Source of the DNA: Bacteroidaceae bacterium
Lineage (GTDB): Bacteria > Bacteroidota > Bacteroidia > Bacteroidales > Bacteroidaceae
NCBI GenBank assembly: GCA_017649485.1
Contig: JAGCGS010000034.1
Span: 8,571 to 72,570, forward strand
Length of the DNA stretch: 64,000 nt
Direction: 5' to 3'
Of the stretch, positions 38,661 to 50,368 are shown piece by piece. The position numbers and the translations under genes are program-made. Under the pieces are notes generated by a model. It searched no databases. It worked only from the letters and a program-made list of their open reading frames with translations, and was not told where the DNA came from. Position 1 is the stretch's first letter. Every line of letters starts with the position of its first letter.

Positions 38661-40016
38661 TCACTTAATCCACCCACTATACTTAAAGTCACAACTTGGC
38701 TTCCAATTATCACTGATTCGCACGTATGTTGTCTTCAATTTATCCTGAATCCACTTCTCAATCATCTCATCCTGTTTCTTCTGCACCACCATATCCTTGA
38801 GTCGTTGATAGTCGTCAGACACCGTAGCCTTATGGCCTTTGATACGACTTTTCAGTTTCACAATCACCGTTTGCTCTTGTCCTGAGCGAGGGGTCATATT
38901 GATGGCTTTAGAGATCTCGCCTACCTCCATAGTATCCACCACTTTGGCAATTTCCGATGGCAAATCCTGCATCTCGAAACGAGAGGTCTGTGTCTCGTCA
39001 TTGGGCAACAAACCACCGTTATTACGGGTATTCTTGTCGTCCGACAAGGTGTATGCAGCCTCCTCAAAAGTATATTTGCCGTTGCGTACCTCGTCTGCGA
39101 TGGAATCCAAGTATGCGCGTGATTCTGCCAAAGCCTCATCAGGCACATGAGGTTTCAGCAAAATATGTCGAACACGGATGCGGTCACCACGTTTCTCAAT
39201 GAGCTGAATGATATGGTAACCAAACTCACTCTCCACCACTTTTGAAATCTTGTCAGGCGACTGAAGGTTGAAAGCCACATTGGCGAAGGCTGGGTCTAAT
39301 TCACCCTTGCCCATGAATCGTCCCAAATCACCACCACTCATAGCAGAACCTGGATCCTCTGAATAGAGACGAGCCAACATGGTAAAACTGTCGCCATTAT
39401 TAACACGTTCAGTATATTCACGCAAGCGACGTTTCACGTCATCTATCTCCTCTTGTGGAATCTTCGGCTTACGTGTGATAATCTCCACCTCCACCATTGT
39501 TGGGATATAAGGGATACTGTCCTGTGAAAGCGAACTGTAGTATCTTCTCACCTCAGCCGGAGTGGTCTTGATGTCGCCCACAATCTTCTGTTGCATCTTC
39601 TGCACGGTAAGATTCTCACGGGCACTGCTACGCAATTGCTCACGTATCTGCGATGAAGTTTTGTTAAAGTACTCCTCCATCTTCTCGCGAGACCCGATAT
39701 TCTGAATATATATGTTGGTCATATACTCCACACGCTGAAGCACCTCTGCCTCGCTAACATCCACACTGTCCAACTCAGCCTGATGCAGGAACAATTTCTG
39801 CACAGCCATCTCTTCCGGCAAGACGCAATAGGGATCCCTATCGAACTTACGTCCCTCATATAGTGCACTCAGCCGGGCTTCCTCTACCTCCGATTTCCAA
39901 ATAGCTTCGTCGCCCACTACCCATGCCACTTCATCTATCACGTTGTCTTGCGCCTGCACCGTCATGCAGAGCGTCATCAGCAGGGTTGTCAAAATTGATT
40001 TTACACGTATTTTCAT
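38661..40016 (-). CDS. surA: SurA-like peptidyl-prolyl isomerase
   Basis: DEVAWVVGDE N-domain; LARLYSEDPGSA..GGDLG and SEFGYHII rotamase motifs. Confidence 0.88.
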   Translation of the reverse strand: MKIRVKSILTTLLMTLCMTVQAQDNVIDEVAWVVGDEAIWKSEVEEARLSALYEGRKFDRDPYCVLPEEMAVQKLFLHQAELDSVDVSEAEVLQRVEYMTNIYIQNIGSREKMEEYFNKTSSQIREQLRSSARENLTVQKMQQKIVGDIKTTPAEVRRYYSSLSQDSIPYIPTMVEVEIITRKPKIPQEEIDDVKRRLREYTERVNNGDSFTMLARLYSEDPGSAMSGGDLGRFMGKGELDPAFANVAFNLQSPDKISKVVESEFGYHIIQLIEKRGDRIRVRHILLKPHVPDEALAESRAYLDSIADEVRNGKYTFEEAAYTLSDDKNTRNNGGLLPNDETQTSRFEMQDLPSEIAKVVDTMEVGEISKAINMTPRSGQEQTVIVKLKSRIKGHKATVSDDYQRLKDMVVQKKQDEMIEKWIQDKLKTTYVRISDNWKPSCDFKYSGWIK

Positions 40017-40112
40017 ATTGTCTAATTGTTGCTTATTTGTTTTACGCCACGAAGATAACGCTTTATTTGCTTATATTGTTATGATTAACGGATTTTAAGG
40101 TGATTTTAAATA

Positions 40113-41525
40113 TCATTTTTGCTTTCTAAGGGCTGAGAGCCACTCATCACTGAGATATCGTTCATAATCTTGTTGCAGTTTTGCCCTTACCTCGTTGTAG
40201 TCATCAGGACCATTGATTTTCTTGCCCACAGTCATTGCTACCGGATATCCTGCCAGGGGCTTAGCCTGTCTGCCACCAAACTCCAGGTCATCCACAAAGG
40301 CATTGGCTCCTTGTTCAAACACACCTTGTTCCACCAACACCTTGTCACGGGTTTTGTTGTCCAAGAGTCGTTCGGCATCACTCCACTCCTGCCCCTTTAG
40401 CTTCTTCACAATCTTTCTCACCTTCTTGGCGGTTTTCTTGTCGGCAGCATGAATAACGGCACCCCTAAAACGAGGTTGTTGCCAACGATAGTCTTTCTGA
40501 TGGGTTGAGAAATAAGCCGACAAGCCTGCCTCGTCGGTCTGACTTGGCACCAACACATGCAGGCGATACGCCTCTTGTGCCAAAAGCTTATCAGCCAAGG
40601 TTTGTATGGCCTCCGCATAGGCAGGATTATTGTCTAAGTGTTTGGCTCCACATTCGAGAACACACTTGGTGACAAACGCATCATATTGACTTCGTACCCC
40701 CATAGGATAGGTTTGTGCAAAACGGGCAAACTGACTACCAGTATAGGTCTCACCGTCAAGGGTAAACAGTGCACCATCACACTTACCGTCACGATAGAGC
40801 CTATTTATCGTCTGTTGGTTCTCCGCAAAGCCATACGTTTGCTTCAACTTAGCTATTTGCTTCTCTGTCACCTTATCAGGAAAGGCATGTGTCTTGGCTC
40901 GTTCCACAAAAGTTTTGTTGTATGCATTTACATCCAGAGCGCGTTGCTCTACCAATTGAACAATGTGAAAGCCTTGTGGTGAGAGGAAAGGTTGCGACAC
41001 CTGTCCTGGTTTCAGGGCAAAAGCCGAGTCTTCCACCTCGGCAGTCACGTCCAAACGGGTTATCCATACCGGCTTCCTGACATCCGAATAACGGTTCATC
41101 AAAGTCTCAAAGTCGGCACCTTGCGCCAAAGCCCCACTGATGGAGTCCATGCGTTGTTGCCACTGGTTGATCTCTACCTGACGGACATGTTGAGGCAAAG
41201 CGTGGAAAATCTCTCTTATCAGCAACATCCTGTCACCCTGTGCCTGCACAACCTTGCCGTAAGCTTGTTGTGCCTGCTCAGTAGCCAACTGTTCATCAAA
41301 CAGGTACTGCCCCGCCAGCTGTTGCCTATACACCTCCATGCTACGTTGAAACTCCACCGTCTTGTCCAATCCTTCGGCACGGGCAGCCTGAGCCATAAGT
41401 GCCTCATCGGAAGACGATTGACTTGACAATTGACCATTGACAATTGAAGATTGACAATTAAAAAGCAATGCTGATAGCAATACCAGCATCACTCTCTTTT
41501 TATAGCACCTATATTTATTCCTCAT
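40113..41525 (-). CDS. Parvulin-type peptidyl-prolyl isomerase
   Basis: FETLMNRYSD and AFALKPGQVSQPFLSPQGFHIV motifs; located between guaB and surA. Confidence 0.8.
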   Translation of the reverse strand: MRNKYRCYKKRVMLVLLSALLFNCQSSIVNGQLSSQSSSDEALMAQAARAEGLDKTVEFQRSMEVYRQQLAGQYLFDEQLATEQAQQAYGKVVQAQGDRMLLIREIFHALPQHVRQVEINQWQQRMDSISGALAQGADFETLMNRYSDVRKPVWITRLDVTAEVEDSAFALKPGQVSQPFLSPQGFHIVQLVEQRALDVNAYNKTFVERAKTHAFPDKVTEKQIAKLKQTYGFAENQQTINRLYRDGKCDGALFTLDGETYTGSQFARFAQTYPMGVRSQYDAFVTKCVLECGAKHLDNNPAYAEAIQTLADKLLAQEAYRLHVLVPSQTDEAGLSAYFSTHQKDYRWQQPRFRGAVIHAADKKTAKKVRKIVKKLKGQEWSDAERLLDNKTRDKVLVEQGVFEQGANAFVDDLEFGGRQAKPLAGYPVAMTVGKKINGPDDYNEVRAKLQQDYERYLSDEWLSALRKQK

Positions 41526-41579
41526 CACAACTTTTTAAGTCAATATAAGTCAATGGTTAATGGTAAATGGTCAACAGTT

Positions 41580-43067
<1,488 letters not shown>

Positions 43068-43181
43068 TTAGAATTTATTGCGTGCAAATATAGGCATTTT
43101 TCCGCAAACTACGAAGGATTGTCCTACTTTTTTTATTTCGCATAGATAATTACCATGATTATTACGTTTCAAAGAAACGAT

Positions 43182-43370
43182 TAACAAACTAACAAACTAA
43201 CATTACGTTTTTCTGCATATCAGTAACGGGGAAAGAGGGAATGTCTTTATATTTATATATTATTATAATTATTAATTATAATAATATATAAATATAAAGA
43301 CAAGATGCCCCCTTCTTGGGCTGCGTTTCTTCACTTCGCAAAATGCATTTGTTAGTTGTTAGTTTGTTAG
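43182..43370. repeat. Nested palindromic cassette: TAACAAAC/GTTTGTTA repeat arms plus a 61-bp AT-rich core
   Basis: TGTCTTTATATTTATATATTATTATAATTA-T-TAATTATAATAATATATAAATATAAAGACA at 43242-43302 (30-bp perfect arms). Confidence 0.92.
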
Positions 43371-43450
43371 GTTGCCAAAGTAACGTGTTCTCATCAGGTG
43401 CCGCTTGGTGAGGCATCAGCCGCCGCCCGATGCTCAGGACAAAGTCCGTC

Positions 43451-43660
43451 CGTTCGTTCGGATTTGCAATCCGAACGTAATGAATATGAGCATTTGTAAT
43501 GCGGGAAAAAATCTTATCGGATTGCAAATCCTTATATTCGATACGTTCGGATTACAAATCCGAACGAACGAGAGAGAGCAGAGTCAAGCTTGAACTATGC
43601 CGAGCGTAAGCGATTTATTTAAATCCGCCCTAACTACATCAGAAAATCCGTCCGAACGGG
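43451..43660. repeat. REP-like multi-hairpin element, copy B
   Basis: CGTTCGTTCGGATTTGCAATCCGAACG...CGTTCGGATTACAAATCCGAACGAACG (43451-43570); tail shares 25 identical bp with copy A. Confidence 0.85.
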
Positions 43661-43690
43661 TAAAACATCATAGACACTACATTGCCTTAA

Positions 43691-43726
43691 AGCAGGAATG
43701 CCTCCTGATGCGGAGGCATTCTTGCT
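43691..43726 (-). terminator. Hairpin downstream of the DUF1080 gene
   Basis: AGCAGGAATGCCTCC-TGATGC-GGAGGCATTCTTGCT. Confidence 0.65.
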
Positions 43727-43788
43727 GACGGAAGGGGAAAAGCCCCTTGCTATACAGTTTGTTAACGAATAGGTTTTATACTCAGGAA

Positions 43789-44541
43789 TCAAGGGAGCTC
43801 CTTGATTTTGATGTTCTTATAGAACACCTCATGACCGTGATCTTGCAGAAGGATGGGACCCTCAGTGAAATTGCCGAAATTGGGCCAGTCCTTGTATTTG
43901 CTGTAAGCCACAAGGGCATTCCACATCTGGTTGTTGCGCTCGTACTCCAGGAGCTTGGTGCCGTTGAGCCAATGCTCAACATGGTTTCCCTGCACGATTA
44001 CAACGGCGGTGTTGAACTCATCCTTGTTGAAGGGCTTGTCGTCAGAAACAGGTATCAGATCATACAAAGCTCCCAGCTTGCGATTGCCCTTGACACCCAG
44101 CTTGGCATCAGGATGAAGGTCGTCGTCAAGAATCTGGAACTCACAGCCAATGGCTGAACCAGGACCCTTATTGAGGTCAACATTGACGAAATACTTGATA
44201 CCGCTATTGGCTCCTGGGGTAATCTTGAAATCAACCTTGAGAATGAAATTACGATAGTTGCGGGTGGTGACGATGTCACCTCCGTTGGCAGACTCCTGCC
44301 CGTCACCAGGCAAAACTCGCAGGATGCCGTTAGCCACCTCCCAGCCTCCTTTAGGGAAGGTCTGTGCCCTGGCACTTCGCCAACCGCTGGTGGTTTGTCC
44401 ATCAAACAACAGTTGCCATCCGTCGCGGATTTCTTCCTTGGTAAGCTTATTGTCGCCCGCATCAGCTTTTACTTGGGCATTAATGGTGATACTGCCCAGC
44501 AAGGCGATAGCTAAAATAAAAAACTTCTTCATAGGCTCCAT
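43789..44541 (-). CDS. DUF1080 / 3-keto-disaccharide hydrolase family protein
   Basis: [26 protein letters not shown] and LQDHG..V.YKNIKI motifs. Confidence 0.9.
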   Translation of the reverse strand: MEPMKKFFILAIALLGSITINAQVKADAGDNKLTKEEIRDGWQLLFDGQTTSGWRSARAQTFPKGGWEVANGILRVLPGDGQESANGGDIVTTRNYRNFILKVDFKITPGANSGIKYFVNVDLNKGPGSAIGCEFQILDDDLHPDAKLGVKGNRKLGALYDLIPVSDDKPFNKDEFNTAVVIVQGNHVEHWLNGTKLLEYERNNQMWNALVAYSKYKDWPNFGNFTEGPILLQDHGHEVFYKNIKIKELP

Positions 44542-44543
44542 TT

Positions 44544-45959
44544 TTATAAGTTATAGAAATACTCCCAGCCCTTACGAGGCAACGAGCCTGCCAGCATGGC
44601 GTTGGCAAACTGATTGTTAGTAAACTGCTTCAGGCGGGTATCGAAATAAAGGTCGGCATTCAGACGCTGGGCAATCACACCCAAGCAGAATACCTGACTA
44701 AGTACGCCATTGATTTCGAACGGTGAGCGTGTCTTCTCCTCACCACGGATGGCACGGAGGAAGTTAACATAGTGGTTAGATGGGCTCTCAGGTACCTTAG
44801 GCAGCATGCCTTCCATCTCTTTGGCGCGTTTCTCCGGGATGATGGAGAGGGTGCTTCCATGACTGCCACCCTTGAAGATAAGGTCTTTGGTGTAGATGAT
44901 CTTGCCCGGATTGAGGTCACTGTCGCGATACTCTCCCTGATTGGTGGCTGGAATATTGGCTGCCAGCTCTGACTTGCCGAAGCCTTCAGGCAAAGGAGGC
45001 AGGTTGTCAAGGCCATCGTACCACGTAACATCCACTGGAGGCATGTTGCCACGGGCTGCGAATCGGAACAGGATAGTGGATGAATAGGGATAGAAATAAT
45101 CGTTGTGGCCTTTCTCGCGCACCATCTTAATCTGATAAGGCAGACCTAAGTCGAGGAACTCATGCACAGTGTCGAGGATGTGTGCTCCCCAATCGCCTAA
45201 GGCTCCCATACCAAAGTCGTACCAGCAACGCCAGTTGCCCTGATGGAACTTCTCGCTATAGTCGTGATAAGGTACGGCGCAGAGCCAGGTGTCCCAATCC
45301 ATCGTCTTGGGCATAGGATCAGCAGCAGGAAAGCGGTCGATATTACTATCCCATTGGTGCCAGCGACGCACATTGTTCATGTGACCTACAACAGCAGTAA
45401 CATCCTTGATGATGCCCGCATCCTGCCAAGCCTTAAATTGGAAGTAGTTGCCCTCAGAGTGTCCCTGATTGCCCACCTGTGTTACCAGCTGCGGGTTCTT
45501 GCGAGCCAGCTGCATCATCAGCTCAGCCTCGATGAATGTGCGGCTCATGGGTTTCTCCACATAGACATGCTTGCCCTCAGAGAGCGCCAACATAGAGATG
45601 GGGAAGTGAGAGTGGTCGGGGGTGGCGATGCAGACAGCCTCGAACTCGTTGCCAGCCTTCTCGAACAGCTCACGGAAGTCCTTGAAGCGCTTGGCATTGG
45701 GGTACATATTCATTACTTTCTCCGTCTGCTTGTTACCCATATCCACATCGCACAGAGCTACCACCTCAACCATACCTGTCTTGGCAAACTCATCAATATC
45801 TTGCTCACCTCGATTACCAATGCCGATGTAGGCAATCTTTACTTTGTCGAACTGGGGTTGTCTGTAGTTGCGCTGACCAGCCCACATATTTGCACCATTG
45901 AAGGCCAATCCTGCGGAAAACAGCGATGCCGTTTTCAGAAAATCTCGTCTTGTAGCCAT
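44544..45959 (-). CDS. Gfo/Idh/MocA family oxidoreductase with Tat signal
   Basis: TRRDFLK Tat motif; IGIGNRG, ATPDHSH, YVEKP and [12 protein letters not shown] motifs. Confidence 0.92.
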   Translation of the reverse strand: MATRRDFLKTASLFSAGLAFNGANMWAGQRNYRQPQFDKVKIAYIGIGNRGEQDIDEFAKTGMVEVVALCDVDMGNKQTEKVMNMYPNAKRFKDFRELFEKAGNEFEAVCIATPDHSHFPISMLALSEGKHVYVEKPMSRTFIEAELMMQLARKNPQLVTQVGNQGHSEGNYFQFKAWQDAGIIKDVTAVVGHMNNVRRWHQWDSNIDRFPAADPMPKTMDWDTWLCAVPYHDYSEKFHQGNWRCWYDFGMGALGDWGAHILDTVHEFLDLGLPYQIKMVREKGHNDYFYPYSSTILFRFAARGNMPPVDVTWYDGLDNLPPLPEGFGKSELAANIPATNQGEYRDSDLNPGKIIYTKDLIFKGGSHGSTLSIIPEKRAKEMEGMLPKVPESPSNHYVNFLRAIRGEEKTRSPFEINGVLSQVFCLGVIAQRLNADLYFDTRLKQFTNNQFANAMLAGSLPRKGWEYFYNL

Positions 45960-46025
45960 ATTCTTTTGATTTAAGGTTATAATTACCCTGCGAATTTACT
46001 GAATATTCCGAAAAAAGAAAAGAAA

Positions 46026-47495
46026 TCAGAACTGAAAATAAATAAATGGTTGGATTTCGGCACTTTTCATCTGGATAACCAAGTAGATGACAGCCACCAT
46101 AAGCAGGGCTTTGCCTATAAGTGGAAGCCAAGTGATGAAGCGCACACTTTGACGCTCCCAACTATCGGGCACGAAATGGAGGAGGTAGCCCAACAGCATG
46201 AGGGCAAACACGAACCAATAGCCTGTGAGGAGCTGGGGGAACACCTGGGGCGAGAAGTGGAAGACTATCTGACTCAACATATCCCAACTGGCGGCAAAGC
46301 CACTCTGACGGAAGAATATCCAGCAGAAACACACGAAATGGAAGGTGATGAGTACGGCAAAGAAGCGACGCCAACCTTGGCTCTCGTCGCCCTTCTTCCT
46401 TCCCAACAGGGAACGATAGCCTTTATGGAAAGCCAAAGCCACACCATGCAGCAGTCCCCAGAAGATAAAGTTCCAGGCGGCGCCGTGCCACAAACCTCCG
46501 AGGAACATGGTGATGATGAGGTTGATGTACTGACGAACCTTACCCTTGCGGTTGCCTCCCATAGAGATGTAGAGGTAGTCGCGCAACCAAGAGGAGAGCG
46601 AGATATGCCAACGACGCCAGAACTCAGTGACAGAAGCCGACTTATAAGGTGAGTTAAAGTTGATGTTGAAGCGGAAGCCCAAGAGCAGGGCGATACCAAT
46701 AGCCATATCGCTATAGCCGGAGAAGTCGCAATAGATCTGCAGGGTGTAACCATAGACAGCCATCAGGTTCTCAACACCGGAATACAGCAAGGGATTGTCG
46801 AAAACACGATCTACAAAATTTACGCTGATATAGTCTGATATAACGGTTTTCTTGAATAAACCAGCCATGATGAGGAAGAGGGCGCGGCCTAACATCTCAT
46901 CGTTGACCAACAAGGGTTTGCGTATTTGAGGGATGAAATCTTTCGCTCTGACAATAGGACCTGCCACCAACTGAGGGAAGAAGGAAACGTAGAAGGCATA
47001 GTCAAGCAAGTTGCCAAGCGGCTTGATTTCACGACGATAGACATCGATGGTGTAGCTAAGCGACTGGAAAGTAAAGAAGGATATTCCCACAGGCAGGAAG
47101 ATGTCGAGGGGCTCGAAATGACCTCCTGTGAGGGAGGCAATCATCTGCCCGAAGAAGTTGGTGTATTTGAAATAGCAAAGCAAGCCCAAGTCGATGAGCA
47201 GACTGAGGGTGACGAGCCACTTGCGTCCTATCTTGTTTGCTGTCTTATCCATCACCTGGGCAATATAGAAATCGCTGACGGTGACAATTGCCAGCAGGAA
47301 GAAGTAGGTGCCACTACTCTTGTAATAGAAATAATAGGAGAAAAGCAACACGAACAACAGGCGGGCGGTGGTGCGTTTCTGCAACAGCATGTAGATGCAG
47401 AAGAAGCCTGCGAAAAGCCACAGGAACAGTCCGCTGCTAAAAAGCATAGGCTCAGCCGGGTTGTAGGTGAGTATGTCTTTAACGGTATCCCACAT
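46026..47495 (-). CDS. MBOAT O-acyltransferase (AlgI/PatA-like)
   Basis: LPVGISFFTFQ, FFPQLVAGPI, DFSGYSDMA, FWRRWHISLS, GLWHGA and PFIYFQF motifs. Confidence 0.95.
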   Translation of the reverse strand: MWDTVKDILTYNPAEPMLFSSGLFLWLFAGFFCIYMLLQKRTTARLLFVLLFSYYFYYKSSGTYFFLLAIVTVSDFYIAQVMDKTANKIGRKWLVTLSLLIDLGLLCYFKYTNFFGQMIASLTGGHFEPLDIFLPVGISFFTFQSLSYTIDVYRREIKPLGNLLDYAFYVSFFPQLVAGPIVRAKDFIPQIRKPLLVNDEMLGRALFLIMAGLFKKTVISDYISVNFVDRVFDNPLLYSGVENLMAVYGYTLQIYCDFSGYSDMAIGIALLLGFRFNINFNSPYKSASVTEFWRRWHISLSSWLRDYLYISMGGNRKGKVRQYINLIITMFLGGLWHGAAWNFIFWGLLHGVALAFHKGYRSLLGRKKGDESQGWRRFFAVLITFHFVCFCWIFFRQSGFAASWDMLSQIVFHFSPQVFPQLLTGYWFVFALMLLGYLLHFVPDSWERQSVRFITWLPLIGKALLMVAVIYLVIQMKSAEIQPFIYFQF

Positions 47496-48372
47496 AATCG
47501 TTGTATGCCTTTACTATAGCTTGATAGAGCAACTGCCCCTGCAACACATACCCCTCAGCGGTGTAGTGCACATGATCCGGGCGCATCATGTTGGCACTCT
47601 GCCAATTGAGACATGCCCTGCGACTTCCACCAACGATGGTGAACATATCCCACACAGCGATACCATTATCGTTGGCAAAGCGGTGGATGGTCTGTACAGC
47701 CACAGCTGTGCGCGGGTTGAGCGAGTAAGCCCTGCGCCGCCCCTGATAAGCCCCAGGAGGGGTAGTCATAAGTATGGGTACACCAGGCATCGCTGTGCGC
47801 AGCATTCGCACCAGATTGTCCATCTGCTGGTAGTGTATCATGGGGTTGTATCCTCGGTTATGGCTCTCGTTGGTGCCAAAGGAGAGGATGAGCAGGTCGG
47901 GGCGTTCCGACCTGATGTCGCTGATATATTCAGGGGTGGAGAATGTTTCGCAGGTAGCACCATTGATGCCCATATCGGTATAAGTGAGGCGGCCAACAGC
48001 CAGCTGCAGGGAGTCGCCAGCCGTTCGGGGAAGGATATGTCCACGAATATGGCTGTCGCCTACATGGAGCACACGCAGGATGGCATTTGACTTCTTACGC
48101 TTCACTTGCCTGACTTTCTCCCAGAAAGGAGCGAGGATGTCCAAGGTGTCGGCAATCTCGTTCACACGCATTTGCAAGAAAGTGCGGGGCACTTGCACAA
48201 AGGGTAAGCGAAGGGTGTCTTGTATCTCTCCATAGCGAGCCAAAGAGTCGATGGTGAAGATGCCTTTGTCGAGCGAAGCAGGCACAGGCATCGCATCTTG
48301 CGACCAGAGAAGCTGGTGGCATCCAAGCACCAGGATAAGCAACAACAACATGTGCTTAGCGGTCTTCCTCAT
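47479..48372 (-). CDS. SGNH/GDSL esterase or O-acetyltransferase (Ape/PatB-like)
   Basis: GDSH, GINGA, FGTNE and DHVHYTAEGY blocks; start trimmed to ATG 48372. Confidence 0.85.
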   Translation of the reverse strand: MRKTAKHMLLLLILVLGCHQLLWSQDAMPVPASLDKGIFTIDSLARYGEIQDTLRLPFVQVPRTFLQMRVNEIADTLDILAPFWEKVRQVKRKKSNAILRVLHVGDSHIRGHILPRTAGDSLQLAVGRLTYTDMGINGATCETFSTPEYISDIRSERPDLLILSFGTNESHNRGYNPMIHYQQMDNLVRMLRTAMPGVPILMTTPPGAYQGRRRAYSLNPRTAVAVQTIHRFANDNGIAVWDMFTIVGGSRRACLNWQSANMMRPDHVHYTAEGYVLQGQLLYQAIVKAYNDYVGYR

Positions 48373-49735
48373 AAGCACGCCTCCTGTCGTATTGCTCCTT
48401 TCCATAGACAAGTGCATCGAACAGCAGACCTGCCAGATGCTTGCCGCCTCGCACATTGATGTGGGTATAATCGTAGTTAGCCATTGAGGGCTTGGCATCT
48501 ACCAACGTCTTCATGCTTTCATTGCCTCCCATCGCCTCAAACATGTTCCAGAACGCAACTCCCTCTTCTGCCGCCAGGTTCTGCTGGTAACGGATGAGGT
48601 TACGGATGCCAGGCATAGTACGCACTTCGCCTTCAGGAGTCTTGTAGTCACGATCCGCCACGCTGACAATGAGGATGCTGGCACCTGGGAAGTATTCCTT
48701 GAGGTGATCGATGGCGGTTTTCATGCCTTTGATGTAGTTATCGTAGTTGCTCCCCAGTCGGGTGGCAATGTTCAGGCCGTATTGGAGGATAACAAGGTCG
48801 TAGGGACGAAATTCGTAGAAACTGCGCATCATCTTGGCAGGTATGGAGCGTACATTCAAGCCAGAGGCACCTCGCATGGAGAGGTTGTCGAGGGCAATGC
48901 CAGACTCGCCATCCATAGCTACACCATAGAAAAGAGCGTCGGGATGGGCATTCTGTACGGAGAAAGTAACGCTGCCAATTTTACCATCTACCTCAGCCAC
49001 CTGGAGCTTGTTGCCCTTGAATTCTTTGTGCAGCACTCCCCTACCGTTGACAGCCGCTGAAATGGTGGCTGCTGAATCAGGATTGAAGAAGAATGAGGCG
49101 TGATAAAAGGTATCGAGATGAGCATAGTTTTTGTCCTGCCCACGAAAACGGATACTGGCTTCTTCATCGGCCTTGAAGTAGTGATTGGAGATGTCTTGCA
49201 GGGAGCGATTGAAGTCGCCATCAGTATCCATAACAGAATGACGCGTCCACCCAGTGGCACTTTGGCGCACTGTGACTCTGAAACCCGAGGATATGCTGGT
49301 GATAGGGCTATAACCTATGCCACAGCCTCCATATTTATTCTGAAGCATCTCTCGCAGGTCGGCAGTAAGTATGTCGCCTTCAACGAAAGAGTCGCCATAA
49401 TAGGCAACCCTGACGAGTCGCTGACCACGATCCAACTGATTGAGAGCTTCGTAGAAGGACTTCATACCACGCTGTGTAGAGTCACTGTAATCCTCTATGC
49501 AAACCATACCTGTGCGGCAAGTATCCACAAAAGCAGGCTTGGGAGGTGGGGGTAACAATATGGATTCTTCCTCGAGAGAGTCGGCAATTTCAACTTTTGG
49601 GCGCATGTCTGACAGGATATCTACCTGACGCAGGGGATGTCCGAACACAGAGTATGAAGGGAGCAAACCCAAAAGTAAGAGGGCTCCCAAAACGAGGATG
49701 ATGAAGATGCCGATATGGTTGATGCGATTTTTCAC
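48356..49735 (-). CDS. Membrane-anchored SGNH protein (PatB-like O-acetyltransferase partner)
   Basis: YGDSFVEGD, SMRGASG, QYGLN and DYTHIN motifs. Confidence 0.82.
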   Translation of the reverse strand: MKNRINHIGIFIILVLGALLLLGLLPSYSVFGHPLRQVDILSDMRPKVEIADSLEEESILLPPPPKPAFVDTCRTGMVCIEDYSDSTQRGMKSFYEALNQLDRGQRLVRVAYYGDSFVEGDILTADLREMLQNKYGGCGIGYSPITSISSGFRVTVRQSATGWTRHSVMDTDGDFNRSLQDISNHYFKADEEASIRFRGQDKNYAHLDTFYHASFFFNPDSAATISAAVNGRGVLHKEFKGNKLQVAEVDGKIGSVTFSVQNAHPDALFYGVAMDGESGIALDNLSMRGASGLNVRSIPAKMMRSFYEFRPYDLVILQYGLNIATRLGSNYDNYIKGMKTAIDHLKEYFPGASILIVSVADRDYKTPEGEVRTMPGIRNLIRYQQNLAAEEGVAFWNMFEAMGGNESMKTLVDAKPSMANYDYTHINVRGGKHLAGLLFDALVYGKEQYDRRRAYEEDR

Positions 49736-50355
49736 TGATGGTGATGGTCTTGATAGAATTTATCTAAGATGCGCCTACCCTTATCTGTGACGATACCACG
49801 AAAGAAGGTCATGAGAATGGTTTCGGCAACCTCCGTAATGGGGTAGCTCTTAAATGATGCATTCTCAACCAACATACGTGTCTGGTTCTCATTAAGGATG
49901 GCAATGATGTTGTAGTCTAAATCGGGGATAAAGATGCCTTGTCTGACACCTAACTTGAAGAACTCAAAAGAAGCCTCTCGCCTGTTTTCGCGGTCTTGTT
50001 TGATTAATTCCTTGATTTGAGGATAGATACTGACATCTTCGAAGAATTGCTTACTGGTTTCAGCGTATTGTTTCATCGCATAATAGAGGGTGTGCAGAGC
50101 TGATTCAAGCACATTGCTACACTGACGCTGATATAGCTCTACCTGTTGCTGGAACTCCTGACGCTGGTACTTGACGCAAGCTGTGACAAGCTGTTCCTTC
50201 TCACGGAATATCTCATAGATGGTTCGCTTGGACATACGCAATCCATGAGCGACATCATCCATCGTGACTCGCTTGATGCCTTGCCGACGAAATAGCTCAG
50301 AAGCAACCACAACGATGCGAGTATATAACTCGCTCCTGTTATCTTTCCCTATCAT
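49732..50355 (-). CDS. TetR/AcrR family transcriptional regulator
   Basis: HTH GIKRVTMDDVAHGLRMSKRTIYEIF. Confidence 0.92.
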   Translation of the reverse strand: MIGKDNRSELYTRIVVVASELFRRQGIKRVTMDDVAHGLRMSKRTIYEIFREKEQLVTACVKYQRQEFQQQVELYQRQCSNVLESALHTLYYAMKQYAETSKQFFEDVSIYPQIKELIKQDRENRREASFEFFKLGVRQGIFIPDLDYNIIAILNENQTRMLVENASFKSYPITEVAETILMTFFRGIVTDKGRRILDKFYQDHHHQ

Positions 50356-50368
50356 GCGCAGAGTAAGG

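Noticed and set aside
43276-43593. ORFs 43276-43527 (-) and 43405-43593 (+)
   Set aside because: They are translations of the REP-like and palindromic repeats (RIANPNER-type sequence), not credible genes.
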